A DNA stretch of 64,000 nt from positions 22,449 through 86,448 of the forward strand of contig LCOG01000001.1 of NCBI GenBank assembly GCA_001001705.1. The letters run 5' to 3'. The stretch comes from Parcubacteria group bacterium GW2011_GWA2_47_26 (GTDB lineage: Bacteria > Patescibacteriota > Patescibacteriia > GWA2-47-26). Below are positions 18,053 to 26,455 of this stretch, in pieces; position 1 is the stretch's first letter, and each line of letters starts with the position of its first letter. A program made the position numbers and the translations under genes. The notes below the pieces were generated by a model that was not told the DNA's origin, ran no database searches, and saw only the letters and a program-made list of their open reading frames with translations.

Positions 18053-18776
18053 AAAAAAATGCGATTAATGCATAACATAAATAAGTTACCATAGTGCGCA
18101 AGGTATAGGGGAAATGCGTATCGCCTTGCCCTGCTTTACGATCCGTAAGAATATAAGGGACTTCACAGAATGAACGGGCCAGACGTTTTGCTTGACACAA
18201 TTCTTCCATAATAATAGGGAATCCGTTCTCTTTTAAGTGCAATTGCTTGAGTATCTCTGCTTTCACTGCTCGAAATCCGTTGGTAACATCCGTGAGCGGC
18301 AATTGAAAAAGAAATCCGCCCACCATATTACCAATCCGTGAAAACATCCTGCGCTTAAAGGCAACTCCTTCCATACCGCCGCCTTTTGTATACCGTGTGG
18401 CTTTAATGTACTCGCAACCTTGGGTCATCTTATCGTAAAACAACGTAAGATATTTAGGATGGTTTGTCAAATCGCTATCCATAAATAACGCGTAGTCATA
18501 CCCGTTATCTATCGCGTAGCGCATGCCTGTACGTAGCCCAGCGCCATACCCTTGATTACGATTATGCGACACCATAGTGAACCGCGACTTATCACCAACT
18601 TTGTCAACCATAACACGAACAATCTCGACTGTTCTATCTTTTGAACCGTCGTTTACAATCAGAAGAGTAGTGGAATATGGGAGCGTTTCAAGATAAGGGA
18701 GAATGGTTTCAATACTGGACTTCGCAATCGCTTCCTCGTTATACATAGGAATAATAATGCACACTTTCAAAACCAT
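18036..18776 (-). CDS. GT2 polyprenol-phosphate glycosyltransferase (DPM1/ArnC/GtrB-like)
   Basis: ATG 18776 (MVLKVCIIIPMYNEE); the track start 18818 is TTG. LIVNDGSKDRT, FMDSDL, and a C-terminal hydrophobic tail. Confidence 0.8.
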   Translation of the reverse strand: MVLKVCIIIPMYNEEAIAKSSIETILPYLETLPYSTTLLIVNDGSKDRTVEIVRVMVDKVGDKSRFTMVSHNRNQGYGAGLRTGMRYAIDNGYDYALFMDSDLTNHPKYLTLFYDKMTQGCEYIKATRYTKGGGMEGVAFKRRMFSRIGNMVGGFLFQLPLTDVTNGFRAVKAEILKQLHLKENGFPIIMEELCQAKRLARSFCEVPYILTDRKAGQGDTHFPYTLRTMVTYLCYALIAFFYGRPK

Positions 18777-19492
18777 AAAATTCCTAAACGATGTCCAAAT
18801 CCGCGCGCAAGAATCCAAAGATATCCTAGACCTTCTCGCACAAGATTGAAATCTTTATTAAGGGGTGACGGTTTCATTACCGATGAGACATAGCCCACCT
18901 TTCCCTTTGCTAACAGCGCCTTTAACGTAATTTCCGGACAAATGCTGTAACCATTTTGGGTGAGGCCAAGCGCCTGGATAAACGCCCGGTCAAACATCTT
19001 AAACCCATAGGTGGAATCAGTGATATCCTGGCGCAATAATGCCCGCGTGAGTGTACGATAGATCACCTGATACACTTTAAACTTGAACGGCATACCGCGC
19101 GCGTCTTCCGGTTTGGTATAGCGAGTCGCCTGTACCACTTGCGCGCCTTGACGAATTTTTAAAAGCATCTTTGGGATAATACTTAAATCATCCTCGCCAT
19201 AGGGAGAAACAATAGCTGCATATCGGCTTGCGGAGTGTGCGATGCCAAAACGGGTAAGCGCGCCAAACAATGCATCACGGCTGCTACGCTGAAGCATGGT
19301 CATTTTAAGCCAAGGGTAGTTTTTACGCGCATACTCAACTATCATCTCGGGATTCTTTGCGCTAGGATTCGCAACCACTATAAGATCAACATCGCTCGGA
19401 TTGACCATTAAATACCGAGCGAGTTCGTCAATAAATTTTGGCAATGTTTCAATAGTTGAAACACAGGGAACAACAATGGACAACTCATTCAT
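18767..19492 (-). CDS. Divergent GT2-like protein (nucleotide-binding Asp motif degenerate)
   Basis: LSIVVPCVSTIETL and DLIVVANPSAKN, where GT2 enzymes normally have VDDGS. Retains SPYGEDDL. Confidence 0.55.
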   Translation of the reverse strand: MNELSIVVPCVSTIETLPKFIDELARYLMVNPSDVDLIVVANPSAKNPEMIVEYARKNYPWLKMTMLQRSSRDALFGALTRFGIAHSASRYAAIVSPYGEDDLSIIPKMLLKIRQGAQVVQATRYTKPEDARGMPFKFKVYQVIYRTLTRALLRQDITDSTYGFKMFDRAFIQALGLTQNGYSICPEITLKALLAKGKVGYVSSVMKPSPLNKDFNLVREGLGYLWILARGFGHRLGILWF

Positions 19493-20466
19493 AAGTTATG
19501 CTTGATCACCCGCCCCAGTGGCGACTCATATTCAGAAAGCAATGGCCTTAAATAAAGATAATTGGAAAAACGCGTCGTAAACGAATCTTTAATACGGCCT
19601 TCTTCGAGCAATTGTTTCAATTCTCTGATTCCGTCATCCACAGTTAATTTTGGATCAAATCCCAGCTCAACTTTGGCCTTATCAGATGAGACACGATAAT
19701 CCCGATCATCTTGAAATTTATCCGATGTAATTTCAACTTCCACATCGGTAAAGTAAGCTTTGATTCGTTCCGCTATCTGTAGGATAGTAACATTTTCGGA
19801 GTGAAGATTGTAAATACCGGTCTGCGTTTTATCAAGCACATGTGCCACCGTTGCCGCCGCATCGCGTACATGCAAAAGTGGACGGTACTGCGCTCCACCA
19901 AATACGCTGATTTTTTTATGCAGCGCAGCGCGCATCGCCAATGTGTTCACCACTAAATCAAACCGGACCCGTGAAAATGTGTCGCTGACCCCAAAAAGCG
20001 TGCCTAACCGGAAAATCAGCGCGCCAGGATGCGCCGCTAGGATTTCCTCTCCCCAAAGCTTCGTCTTAGCGTATAAGGAAAGCGGATTCAATGCCGATAT
20101 TTCCGTCAGCACGCTTTCGCTTGCGCCATATACAGAACAGGATGACATGAAAATAATACGGCCACGAAAATGGTCTTTTAAATATTCCAATGAACGCTTA
20201 TTCACGTCAAACGTAAGCTCCTCATTTAGCGCACACGCAGGATCACCCACTAACGCCGCAAGCCACACTACTGCATCAGCCCAATCCAAATGCTTTTGTA
20301 ATTTCTCATAATCCCGCACATCTCCGCGCACAAACGGAATCTGCTTGCGATATGATTCTTCATATAATAAAAGGTCGTACACAAGAATCTCGTGGGGCGA
20401 CTGCATTAAAATATCCGTAAGCGCGCCACCGAGATAACCCGCACCACCAACAATCAATATTTTCAT
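19489..20466 (-). CDS. NAD-dependent nucleotide-sugar epimerase/dehydratase (SDR), paralogue of 2717-3652
   Basis: ATG 20466 (MKILIVGGAGYLGGAL) in an ATGA overlap with the upstream stop. YAKTK. The 5' 180 nt of the track ORF overlaps the upstream gene. Confidence 0.85.
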   Translation of the reverse strand: MKILIVGGAGYLGGALTDILMQSPHEILVYDLLLYEESYRKQIPFVRGDVRDYEKLQKHLDWADAVVWLAALVGDPACALNEELTFDVNKRSLEYLKDHFRGRIIFMSSCSVYGASESVLTEISALNPLSLYAKTKLWGEEILAAHPGALIFRLGTLFGVSDTFSRVRFDLVVNTLAMRAALHKKISVFGGAQYRPLLHVRDAAATVAHVLDKTQTGIYNLHSENVTILQIAERIKAYFTDVEVEITSDKFQDDRDYRVSSDKAKVELGFDPKLTVDDGIRELKQLLEEGRIKDSFTTRFSNYLYLRPLLSEYESPLGRVIKHNL

Positions 20467-22139
20467 ACAGATTTTATCCGCATATTTTCTGTAGATTCGC
20501 CTTTCATTTGCTGATTCGCACCGTAATTTACATTGGTTGCCGCATAGGTCAGCGCGATAATAGTCCAAAGCCAAGGATGCACCCAAGTAATATCTGCCAT
20601 ATTCACCAGTCCCGCGACAGTTACCAGTAACGCAAACAAGAAACACAGGAGTTTTCTTTTTTCAGGATCAGAAGTGGTACGCAGAACATAAGCACTTTTA
20701 TAAATCACTGTTCCTAATATTCCCAAAAAAGCGAAAAGTCCGATCGCGCCGGTTTCTGCCCAAGCATTCAGATAAATATTATAAATACCAATGATCCCTG
20801 GACTAAACTCCGTATTACTTAAAACAATTTCGCGAAAAGGCAACCAAGCCAGATAATCTTTATCGAGCGATTTTACTCTAAGAGTTTTAGAATAATCATC
20901 TATTACGCGAGGCGTTTGTCCTGCGCCAATTCCTGTCCATGGGTTAGACCAGCCCATCAGCCATCCACTCATAAAGCCGCGCATTCTGACATCAACAGAT
21001 GACCCTCTCCCAAACAATCCTGCCCATCGCCGACTCACTTGATTTTCAGCACTATACTCATCAATGAGAAAAGTGGGTTTTTCTTTAAGAGGCGGAGATG
21101 GTTCCGGTGCTGGCGCTGGCGGAGATGGTTCCGGTGCTGGCGCTGGCGGAGATGGTTCCGGTGCTGGCGCTGGTGTAGCAGGAGCTGGTTCAGGAGCTGA
21201 AGGAGCTACAGCCACCTCTACTGGTTCAGGTTTAGGCGTTAATTTTTTTTCAAGCAATAGTGCCAGCTTTTGACTCTGTTTTTCACTTTCTTTAAGGTCC
21301 AGCGCGCCTCCAGTAATTGTATTATAAGCCAAAAGATATTTATTCTTTATTGGAACAATGTTTAATTGAAAAACTAAAAGAACAACAAAAAGAAATGTGA
21401 GTGTAAATGCTTTGAGGCGCTGACCAACCAGCATAACCATTAGCAATATCAGTAAAATTAGCGTTGCGATTTGATGAAGCTTGACTGCAGGCAGTATTGT
21501 TACCCACAGCCATAATGCCACAAAAAACCACAAAACATATCTTATTTTTTTATTTTTTTCACTAAAAAATACGTACACCAATCCAACTCCAAACATCAGC
21601 AACATATATGCAAAATAACCCGCGATATCATTGCCTAAAATAGTCGGCTGTTCTCGGGTCATAAAAATTCCACCCCGCATTATGTAAATCGCAAAGGAAT
21701 GCATTACCACAATCACTGCCGCCGCTCCCATCACAACCATTATGGCTCGTAACAAACTCTCCGAGCGTATCACATTAAAAAGGATAATCACCAATACGCT
21801 GTAACTGGCAACTGCTATTGCAACATCAAAACCAGCCTCCGGTATTGGTGAATTTACAACCGAAACAAACTGTATTGAAAACTGCAAAAGCAGAAACGCG
21901 TAGAACCACGGCGCTTTTTTTATTACAATCTGACCATTCAAATACGCACGCGTACCAAAAATAACCACGAACAAAAGCGCTATTTCTGTAAATTTAATCA
22001 CACGGCCATTTCGAAATAAATCTAACCCAAATACATTAAAAGGCAGAACAGCAATATATATAAGAATACTCAAATTGAGCCAAAAACTTTCCTTTTGACT
22101 AAGGGCGTATTTTATGTCTTGAAGAAAAGCAATTCTCAT
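20463..22139 (-). CDS. O-antigen ligase/polymerase family (Wzy_C) membrane protein with a Pro/Ala/Glu-rich repeat linker
   Basis: About 10 TM segments in the N-terminal half. WSNPWTGIGAGQ and NIYLNAWAETGAIGLFAFLGIL. Internal APEPSPPAPAPEPSPPAPAPEPSPP. Confidence 0.7.
   Translation of the reverse strand: MRIAFLQDIKYALSQKESFWLNLSILIYIAVLPFNVFGLDLFRNGRVIKFTEIALLFVVIFGTRAYLNGQIVIKKAPWFYAFLLLQFSIQFVSVVNSPIPEAGFDVAIAVASYSVLVIILFNVIRSESLLRAIMVVMGAAAVIVVMHSFAIYIMRGGIFMTREQPTILGNDIAGYFAYMLLMFGVGLVYVFFSEKNKKIRYVLWFFVALWLWVTILPAVKLHQIATLILLILLMVMLVGQRLKAFTLTFLFVVLLVFQLNIVPIKNKYLLAYNTITGGALDLKESEKQSQKLALLLEKKLTPKPEPVEVAVAPSAPEPAPATPAPAPEPSPPAPAPEPSPPAPAPEPSPPLKEKPTFLIDEYSAENQVSRRWAGLFGRGSSVDVRMRGFMSGWLMGWSNPWTGIGAGQTPRVIDDYSKTLRVKSLDKDYLAWLPFREIVLSNTEFSPGIIGIYNIYLNAWAETGAIGLFAFLGILGTVIYKSAYVLRTTSDPEKRKLLCFLFALLVTVAGLVNMADITWVHPWLWTIIALTYAATNVNYGANQQMKGESTENMRIKSV
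21092..21172. repeat. 27-bp tandem repeat, three exact copies (degenerate continuation to ~21210), inside the Wzy_C gene
   Basis: The unit ggcggagatggttccggtgctggcgct occurs three times head to tail. It encodes (PAPAPEPSP)n on the minus strand. Confidence 0.9.
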
Positions 22140-22147
22140 ATTGTCTG

Positions 22148-23299
22148 TCAGAAAATAAAAGATTGGTATAGTTTATCATACTTTTTTACTATGTCGCCAA
22201 TACTGAACTGTTTCACCATTGAAGACCGTGCCTCATTCCCTATACGTTCCGCCTCTTGAGGGTGTGTTATAATATGGGTAATCGCATAGGCAAGCGCGGG
22301 TGCATCATCAAGCGGAACCAGATAGCTATTCACTTTGTGTGTCGCCAGCGCCCGTATTCCCTCAATATCAGACCCTATAACAGGAAGCCCAGAACTCATC
22401 GCTTCAAGAAGAACGTTTGACAAACCCTCGGCGCGAGAAGGAAGTACAAAAAGATCCACAACTTGATAGTATATGCGCACATCTCTGACTGTGCCACAAA
22501 ACGTTATTTCGTCACCAAGGTTATGGGTAGCAACATATCGTTCGAATGACGGGCGCAGTGGTCCGTCTCCAACAATCCAAAGGTGTGTATTACATCTAAC
22601 GTTGCGCATTGCCTCCAGAAGCACGGGAATATTTTTTTGAGGATCAAACTTACCGACAAAAAGCGCGATCTTCTTATCAGGTGCGATTCCCATCTCTTTG
22701 CGCAACGCCGTCTTTTGCGCCGTATCGGACGGATAAAAGTGTTCGGTATCCACACCGTTAGGAATATCAACAATTGGGTGGAAACTCTCAACCACCATCT
22801 CTTTGCGTGTCTCTTCGCTTATAGCAATCCACTCATCCACTGCGCGCCGCATCATTTTCTTTATCCATAGTGATCCGGGAAGTATGTTGAGAAATTTAAC
22901 ATCACCGAATTCGCCTCCGCAGCAATTTTTTACAACTAATTTTTTTGAACGCAGGAATAATTTCGCAAAACCCGCCACAACTCCAGAGGTATAGAGTTGA
23001 TGGGCGTGTATAATATCGTACCGCTTTCGTAGAATAAAAAGCAACGCTAACACACCCAATCCATATAAGACTATATTAAGATATCGCGCACCTCCCACAA
23101 GTGGAATCCGGTATACTTGAAATCCTTCTTTTTTATCAACTATGCGCAGATGTTCTTTACTCATGTGCCCGAGATACGCGCAAGTAATAAAAAAAATCTC
23201 GTGTCCGTTTTTCCGTAGTCGCTTAGCAAGTTGCAATGCTTGCCGCTCCATTCCGCCAGTTTGAGAATCAAGATAAGTGAGCAGATACACAATTTCCAT
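22148..23299 (-). CDS. Glycosyltransferase family 4
   Basis: TGGMERQALQLAKRL, LFVGKFDPQKN, VLPSRAEGLSNVLLEAMSSGLPVIGS. Confidence 0.85.
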   Translation of the reverse strand: MEIVYLLTYLDSQTGGMERQALQLAKRLRKNGHEIFFITCAYLGHMSKEHLRIVDKKEGFQVYRIPLVGGARYLNIVLYGLGVLALLFILRKRYDIIHAHQLYTSGVVAGFAKLFLRSKKLVVKNCCGGEFGDVKFLNILPGSLWIKKMMRRAVDEWIAISEETRKEMVVESFHPIVDIPNGVDTEHFYPSDTAQKTALRKEMGIAPDKKIALFVGKFDPQKNIPVLLEAMRNVRCNTHLWIVGDGPLRPSFERYVATHNLGDEITFCGTVRDVRIYYQVVDLFVLPSRAEGLSNVLLEAMSSGLPVIGSDIEGIRALATHKVNSYLVPLDDAPALAYAITHIITHPQEAERIGNEARSSMVKQFSIGDIVKKYDKLYQSFIF

Positions 23300-24452
23300 A
23301 AAGTTCCTCGTATGGCCGGACTATCTTTTCCATTGCATAGTGCTCATCAATGATTACTCGCGAACGTCCGCCCATTTCTAGGCGTTCGCGTAGATGATCA
23401 ACCATATATTGCATAGCATCGCATAGAGTTTTGGAATTCTCTGGATCAATCAGAATTCCATTACCATTTACTAAATCGCTATTGCCTCCCCGATTGCTCA
23501 AAATAACCGGCAACCCATAAGCCATTGCTTCCAGCGCTGAATTGGAAAGTCCTTCAGTTGAAGAAGGTAGCACAAATACATCACTTTTTTTCAAATATTC
23601 ACCAACATCATCCACTGGCCCTTGAATATCCACAATATCTGTCAGATTATACTGCTTTACTGCATCCGTCAATGCTGCACGATCCGGGCCGTCACCAAGC
23701 AGGATCAACTTCATTTTGTCACGATAAGAAAGCGGCAGGGCATTAACCGCGTCAAGTAATAAAATAAGATTTTTTTTAAATGTGAAAGTGCCAGTAAAGA
23801 TAAATCGTACAAGTGAATTACCCTCACCTGCCTGCGCAGACAGCCCCTCTCCTCTCCCGATGGGAGAGAGTCTCCGATTGTAATTGGAGGGGTCCACCCC
23901 ATTGGGAATATACACTAACTTTTCCTCAGAAACATGGTTACGCACAAGATCATCATAAACCGCCCGGCTTGTCCATACAAATTTTGTGATGGTGCGCTTC
24001 ACATTCCATGCGGCCAATTGTCCGTAGATATGGGTTCTCCGCAACACCTCCAAGTCAAATCTTTCTCCGGAATTGCCGATTTTACATACAATTGGTTTAT
24101 TTCTTAGGGGTGCCGCGAGGGTGGCCGCAAAAGCCGGCCAAAGACATTGGTGCACATGCACCACATCATATCCCTGCGCAATTCTATACACCCGCCACCA
24201 CATAAAAAATGGTGCGAGATATCCAAGACCAATACGATATCCAAATGCGCGGATCACGGGATACCATACACGCTCAACTTCCACACCGTCAATCATTTCG
24301 TGTTTCTGTGTGTTTCGCGGATTCCGTACGGTAAGCACCTTGATACTGTGTCCATGCGCCTTGAGTGCCTTTGATAACTTTAAACACTGCCGCTCCGCGC
24401 CTCCAACAATCGGATGGAATTGGCCAATAACCATTAAAATCTTCATAGCCAT
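23268..24452 (-). CDS. Glycosyltransferase family 4 with an in-frame repeat insertion between the two Rossmann halves
   Basis: VGGAERQCLKLSKAL. NGVDPSNYNR[RLSPIGRGEGLSAQAGEGN]SLVRFIFTGTF, where the bracketed part is repeat copy G. VLPSSTEGLSNSALEAMAYGLPVILS. Confidence 0.85.
   Translation of the reverse strand: MAMKILMVIGQFHPIVGGAERQCLKLSKALKAHGHSIKVLTVRNPRNTQKHEMIDGVEVERVWYPVIRAFGYRIGLGYLAPFFMWWRVYRIAQGYDVVHVHQCLWPAFAATLAAPLRNKPIVCKIGNSGERFDLEVLRRTHIYGQLAAWNVKRTITKFVWTSRAVYDDLVRNHVSEEKLVYIPNGVDPSNYNRRLSPIGRGEGLSAQAGEGNSLVRFIFTGTFTFKKNLILLLDAVNALPLSYRDKMKLILLGDGPDRAALTDAVKQYNLTDIVDIQGPVDDVGEYLKKSDVFVLPSSTEGLSNSALEAMAYGLPVILSNRGGNSDLVNGNGILIDPENSKTLCDAMQYMVDHLRERLEMGGRSRVIIDEHYAMEKIVRPYEELYGNCVSAHLS
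23821..23875. repeat. Hairpin repeat, copy G (in frame in a GT4 gene)
   Basis: ccctcacctgcctgcgcagacagcccctctcctctcccgatgggagagagtctcc. Confidence 0.8.
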
Positions 24453-24458
24453 TCAAAA

Positions 24459-24487
24459 AGTATACTCACAAACACAAGGGAAAACAA
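24459..24487 (-). promoter_or_regulatory. Putative sigma70-type promoter giving a leaderless mRNA for the 24452-8113 gene block
   Basis: Minus strand TTGTTT (24487-24482), 17-nt spacer, TATACT (24464-24459). The A of ATG 24452 lies 7 nt after the -10 hexamer. Confidence 0.4.
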
Positions 24488-24544
24488 GGCCTGACTCTAA
24501 GATAAATGAAAAGCGAGGCGGAGAAAATTAAAACTCGTTCGGAC

Positions 24545-24573
24545 TTGACCAACATGGCTTGCCCCAGTATTAT
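24545..24573 (+). promoter_or_regulatory. Putative sigma70-type promoter for the single plus-strand gene
   Basis: TTGACC (24545-24550), 17-nt spacer, TATTAT (24568-24573). ATG 24601 is about 21 nt downstream of the predicted start site. Confidence 0.45.
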
Positions 24574-24600
24574 AATAATAGAATTATTGACCAAAATATT

Positions 24601-25503
24601 ATGACGGATATTGAATGGATTCTTTTTTCCAAAGATAGAACCCTGCAGGCCAAATCCTGCATACTTTCACTTACGGCGCTCTCTGATGTCGTGGCAGAAG
24701 ATATAACAGTACTCTATATTGATTCCGAAAACATAAGTTACGAGCCGCTCAAAAAAGAATTTCCCTGCCGTTTTGTAAAACAGACTAATTTCTACGAGAA
24801 TATTATGGAAATCCTGCGCAGCATTTCAAAACCGTTTGTTGCGTTTCTAGTGGATGATCTTATCTTCCGTGATCATTTTACCGCTGCCGAAATAAGCGCT
24901 CTCATGCGCCTATATCCGGAACTCGATAGTTTTTCGCTGCGTCTGGGGAGAAATATCAAAGACGGCCATCCGCCAAAATTTGAAGCAATAGGGAACGGCG
25001 TGCTGTCATGGAAAACAACTCCGGGCATGGGGAAGTCGTGGAACTATTTCTGGGAACTTACCGGGGCGATCTACCGCAGAGAAATGGCGCTTGATTACAT
25101 GAAACAATGCCCTGCCGACAAAATGACATTTCCTAACCCGATGGAATTTCTCTATTATGATATTGTACCGAATATTTTGGCAAGTTCACGCGGCGCATTC
25201 AGTATCCTAAAACATCCGAAGTATCTGCTCTGGAAACTTTTTCGTCAATCAGCGATGTCCAAGCGCATCGCCTGTTACGAGAAGTCGCGCGTCTTTACAC
25301 AAGGTGTGAACTTGGTGGCCAGCCGAGATATCAATTATGAGGCTTACATTACCCCCAAAAAGATGCACGAATTATTTTTAAAAGGATATCGTATAGATTT
25401 TGAATGCTTAAAAGATGTGCAAAATGTCAAACCCAATGCCGGACGACAATATTTCCGCTTAGTGGGTACTGGAGGAGAAATACACCCGCTGTCGGTTTTT
25501 TAA
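24601..25503 (+). CDS. Hypothetical protein, possible GT-A-type glycosyltransferase (DxD-like FLVDDLIF); the only plus-strand gene
   Basis: ATG 24601 (MTDIEWILFSKDRTLQ). The track start 24559 is TTG and lies inside the putative promoter. No family recognised with confidence. Confidence 0.45.
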   Translation: MTDIEWILFSKDRTLQAKSCILSLTALSDVVAEDITVLYIDSENISYEPLKKEFPCRFVKQTNFYENIMEILRSISKPFVAFLVDDLIFRDHFTAAEISALMRLYPELDSFSLRLGRNIKDGHPPKFEAIGNGVLSWKTTPGMGKSWNYFWELTGAIYRREMALDYMKQCPADKMTFPNPMEFLYYDIVPNILASSRGAFSILKHPKYLLWKLFRQSAMSKRIACYEKSRVFTQGVNLVASRDINYEAYITPKKMHELFLKGYRIDFECLKDVQNVKPNAGRQYFRLVGTGGEIHPLSVF

Positions 25504-26429
25504 TGCAGTGTTTCTAAAAACCACTCATACGTTTTCTCGAGACCATCTCTAAGACTAATCGTATGTCTCCATCCAAGCTGATGCAATAGAGAAACATCAA
25601 GCAATTTTTTGGGCATGCCATCTGGCTTGGTTGTATCAAAAACTAATGCCCCTCCATAACCCATAATATCTTTAATCATAGAAGCCAGTTCCTTTATTGA
25701 TATATCCTCCCCTGTCCCGACATTTAAAAATTGTTTCCCATCGTAATTCTGCATAAGAAAATAAATAGCGTCAGCCAGATCATCAACATGCAAAAATTCT
25801 CGCCTACTGTTGCCACTCCCCCAGATAACAACCTCTTTAGCACTATTCATTTTTGCCGCATGCATTCGCCTTATCAAGGCCGGGATAACATGGGAAGATT
25901 CTAAATCAAAATTATCATTTTTTCCATAGATATTGGTCGGCATACAGGAGATAAACTTCTTATTAAATTCCATATAGATATACTCACATAGCTTCATGCC
26001 GGCAATTTTAGCCAAAGCATAACTCTCGTTCGTGGACTCCGGCTTACCATCCATAAAATATTCTTCCTTCATCGGCTGGGGGCATTCTCGCGGATAAATA
26101 CAACTACTCCCTAAAAAGAGAAGTTTCTTGACACCTTGCTCATGTGCTAGCCAGATAATATTGTTTTGGATCATCAGATTTTCATACAGGAACTCCGCTG
26201 GATACGTTATGTTTGCCTTAATCCCTCCCACACGAGCCGCTGCCACAATAACGTAATCTGGTTTTTCTTGTAAAAAAGAGGGCCGAACGGCTTCCTGGTC
26301 CAGAAGATCTACCTCATCTCTTGTTTTTAAGATTAGATGCTCAAACCCATCCTTTTGCAACTTCCGCACAATTGCTGATCCCACCATGCCGGTATGTCCG
26401 GCAATATAAATTTTACTTTTCTTATCCAT
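25500..26429 (-). CDS. fcl: GDP-L-fucose synthase family (Fcl/WcaG; equally compatible with the GDP-colitose synthase ColC)
   Basis: KIYIAGHTGMVGSAIVRKL, LFLGSSCIYP, YALAKIAG, REFLHVDDLA. Confidence 0.9.
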   Translation of the reverse strand: MDKKSKIYIAGHTGMVGSAIVRKLQKDGFEHLILKTRDEVDLLDQEAVRPSFLQEKPDYVIVAAARVGGIKANITYPAEFLYENLMIQNNIIWLAHEQGVKKLLFLGSSCIYPRECPQPMKEEYFMDGKPESTNESYALAKIAGMKLCEYIYMEFNKKFISCMPTNIYGKNDNFDLESSHVIPALIRRMHAAKMNSAKEVVIWGSGNSRREFLHVDDLADAIYFLMQNYDGKQFLNVGTGEDISIKELASMIKDIMGYGGALVFDTTKPDGMPKKLLDVSLLHQLGWRHTISLRDGLEKTYEWFLETLH

Positions 26430-26455
26430 ACAATTATTTATTCTTTTTCTGCCAG

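Noticed and set aside
21064-21273. Gly/Ala/Ser-rich plus-strand ORF (GGDGSGAGAGGDGSGAGAG...)
   Set aside because: It is the antisense shadow of the 27-bp tandem repeat inside the Wzy_C gene. It has no start context and lies fully inside a well-supported minus-strand gene.
7155-23875. The hairpin repeats as a CRISPR array or as Rho-independent terminators
   Set aside because: The copies are kilobases apart, irregularly spaced and mostly inside ORFs, and there are no cas genes. None is followed by a U-tract in the transcribed orientation.
24559-24600. TTG start at 24559 for the plus-strand gene, as given in the track
   Set aside because: It falls between the putative -35 and -10 hexamers. The first ATG (24601) gives a sensible N-terminus.
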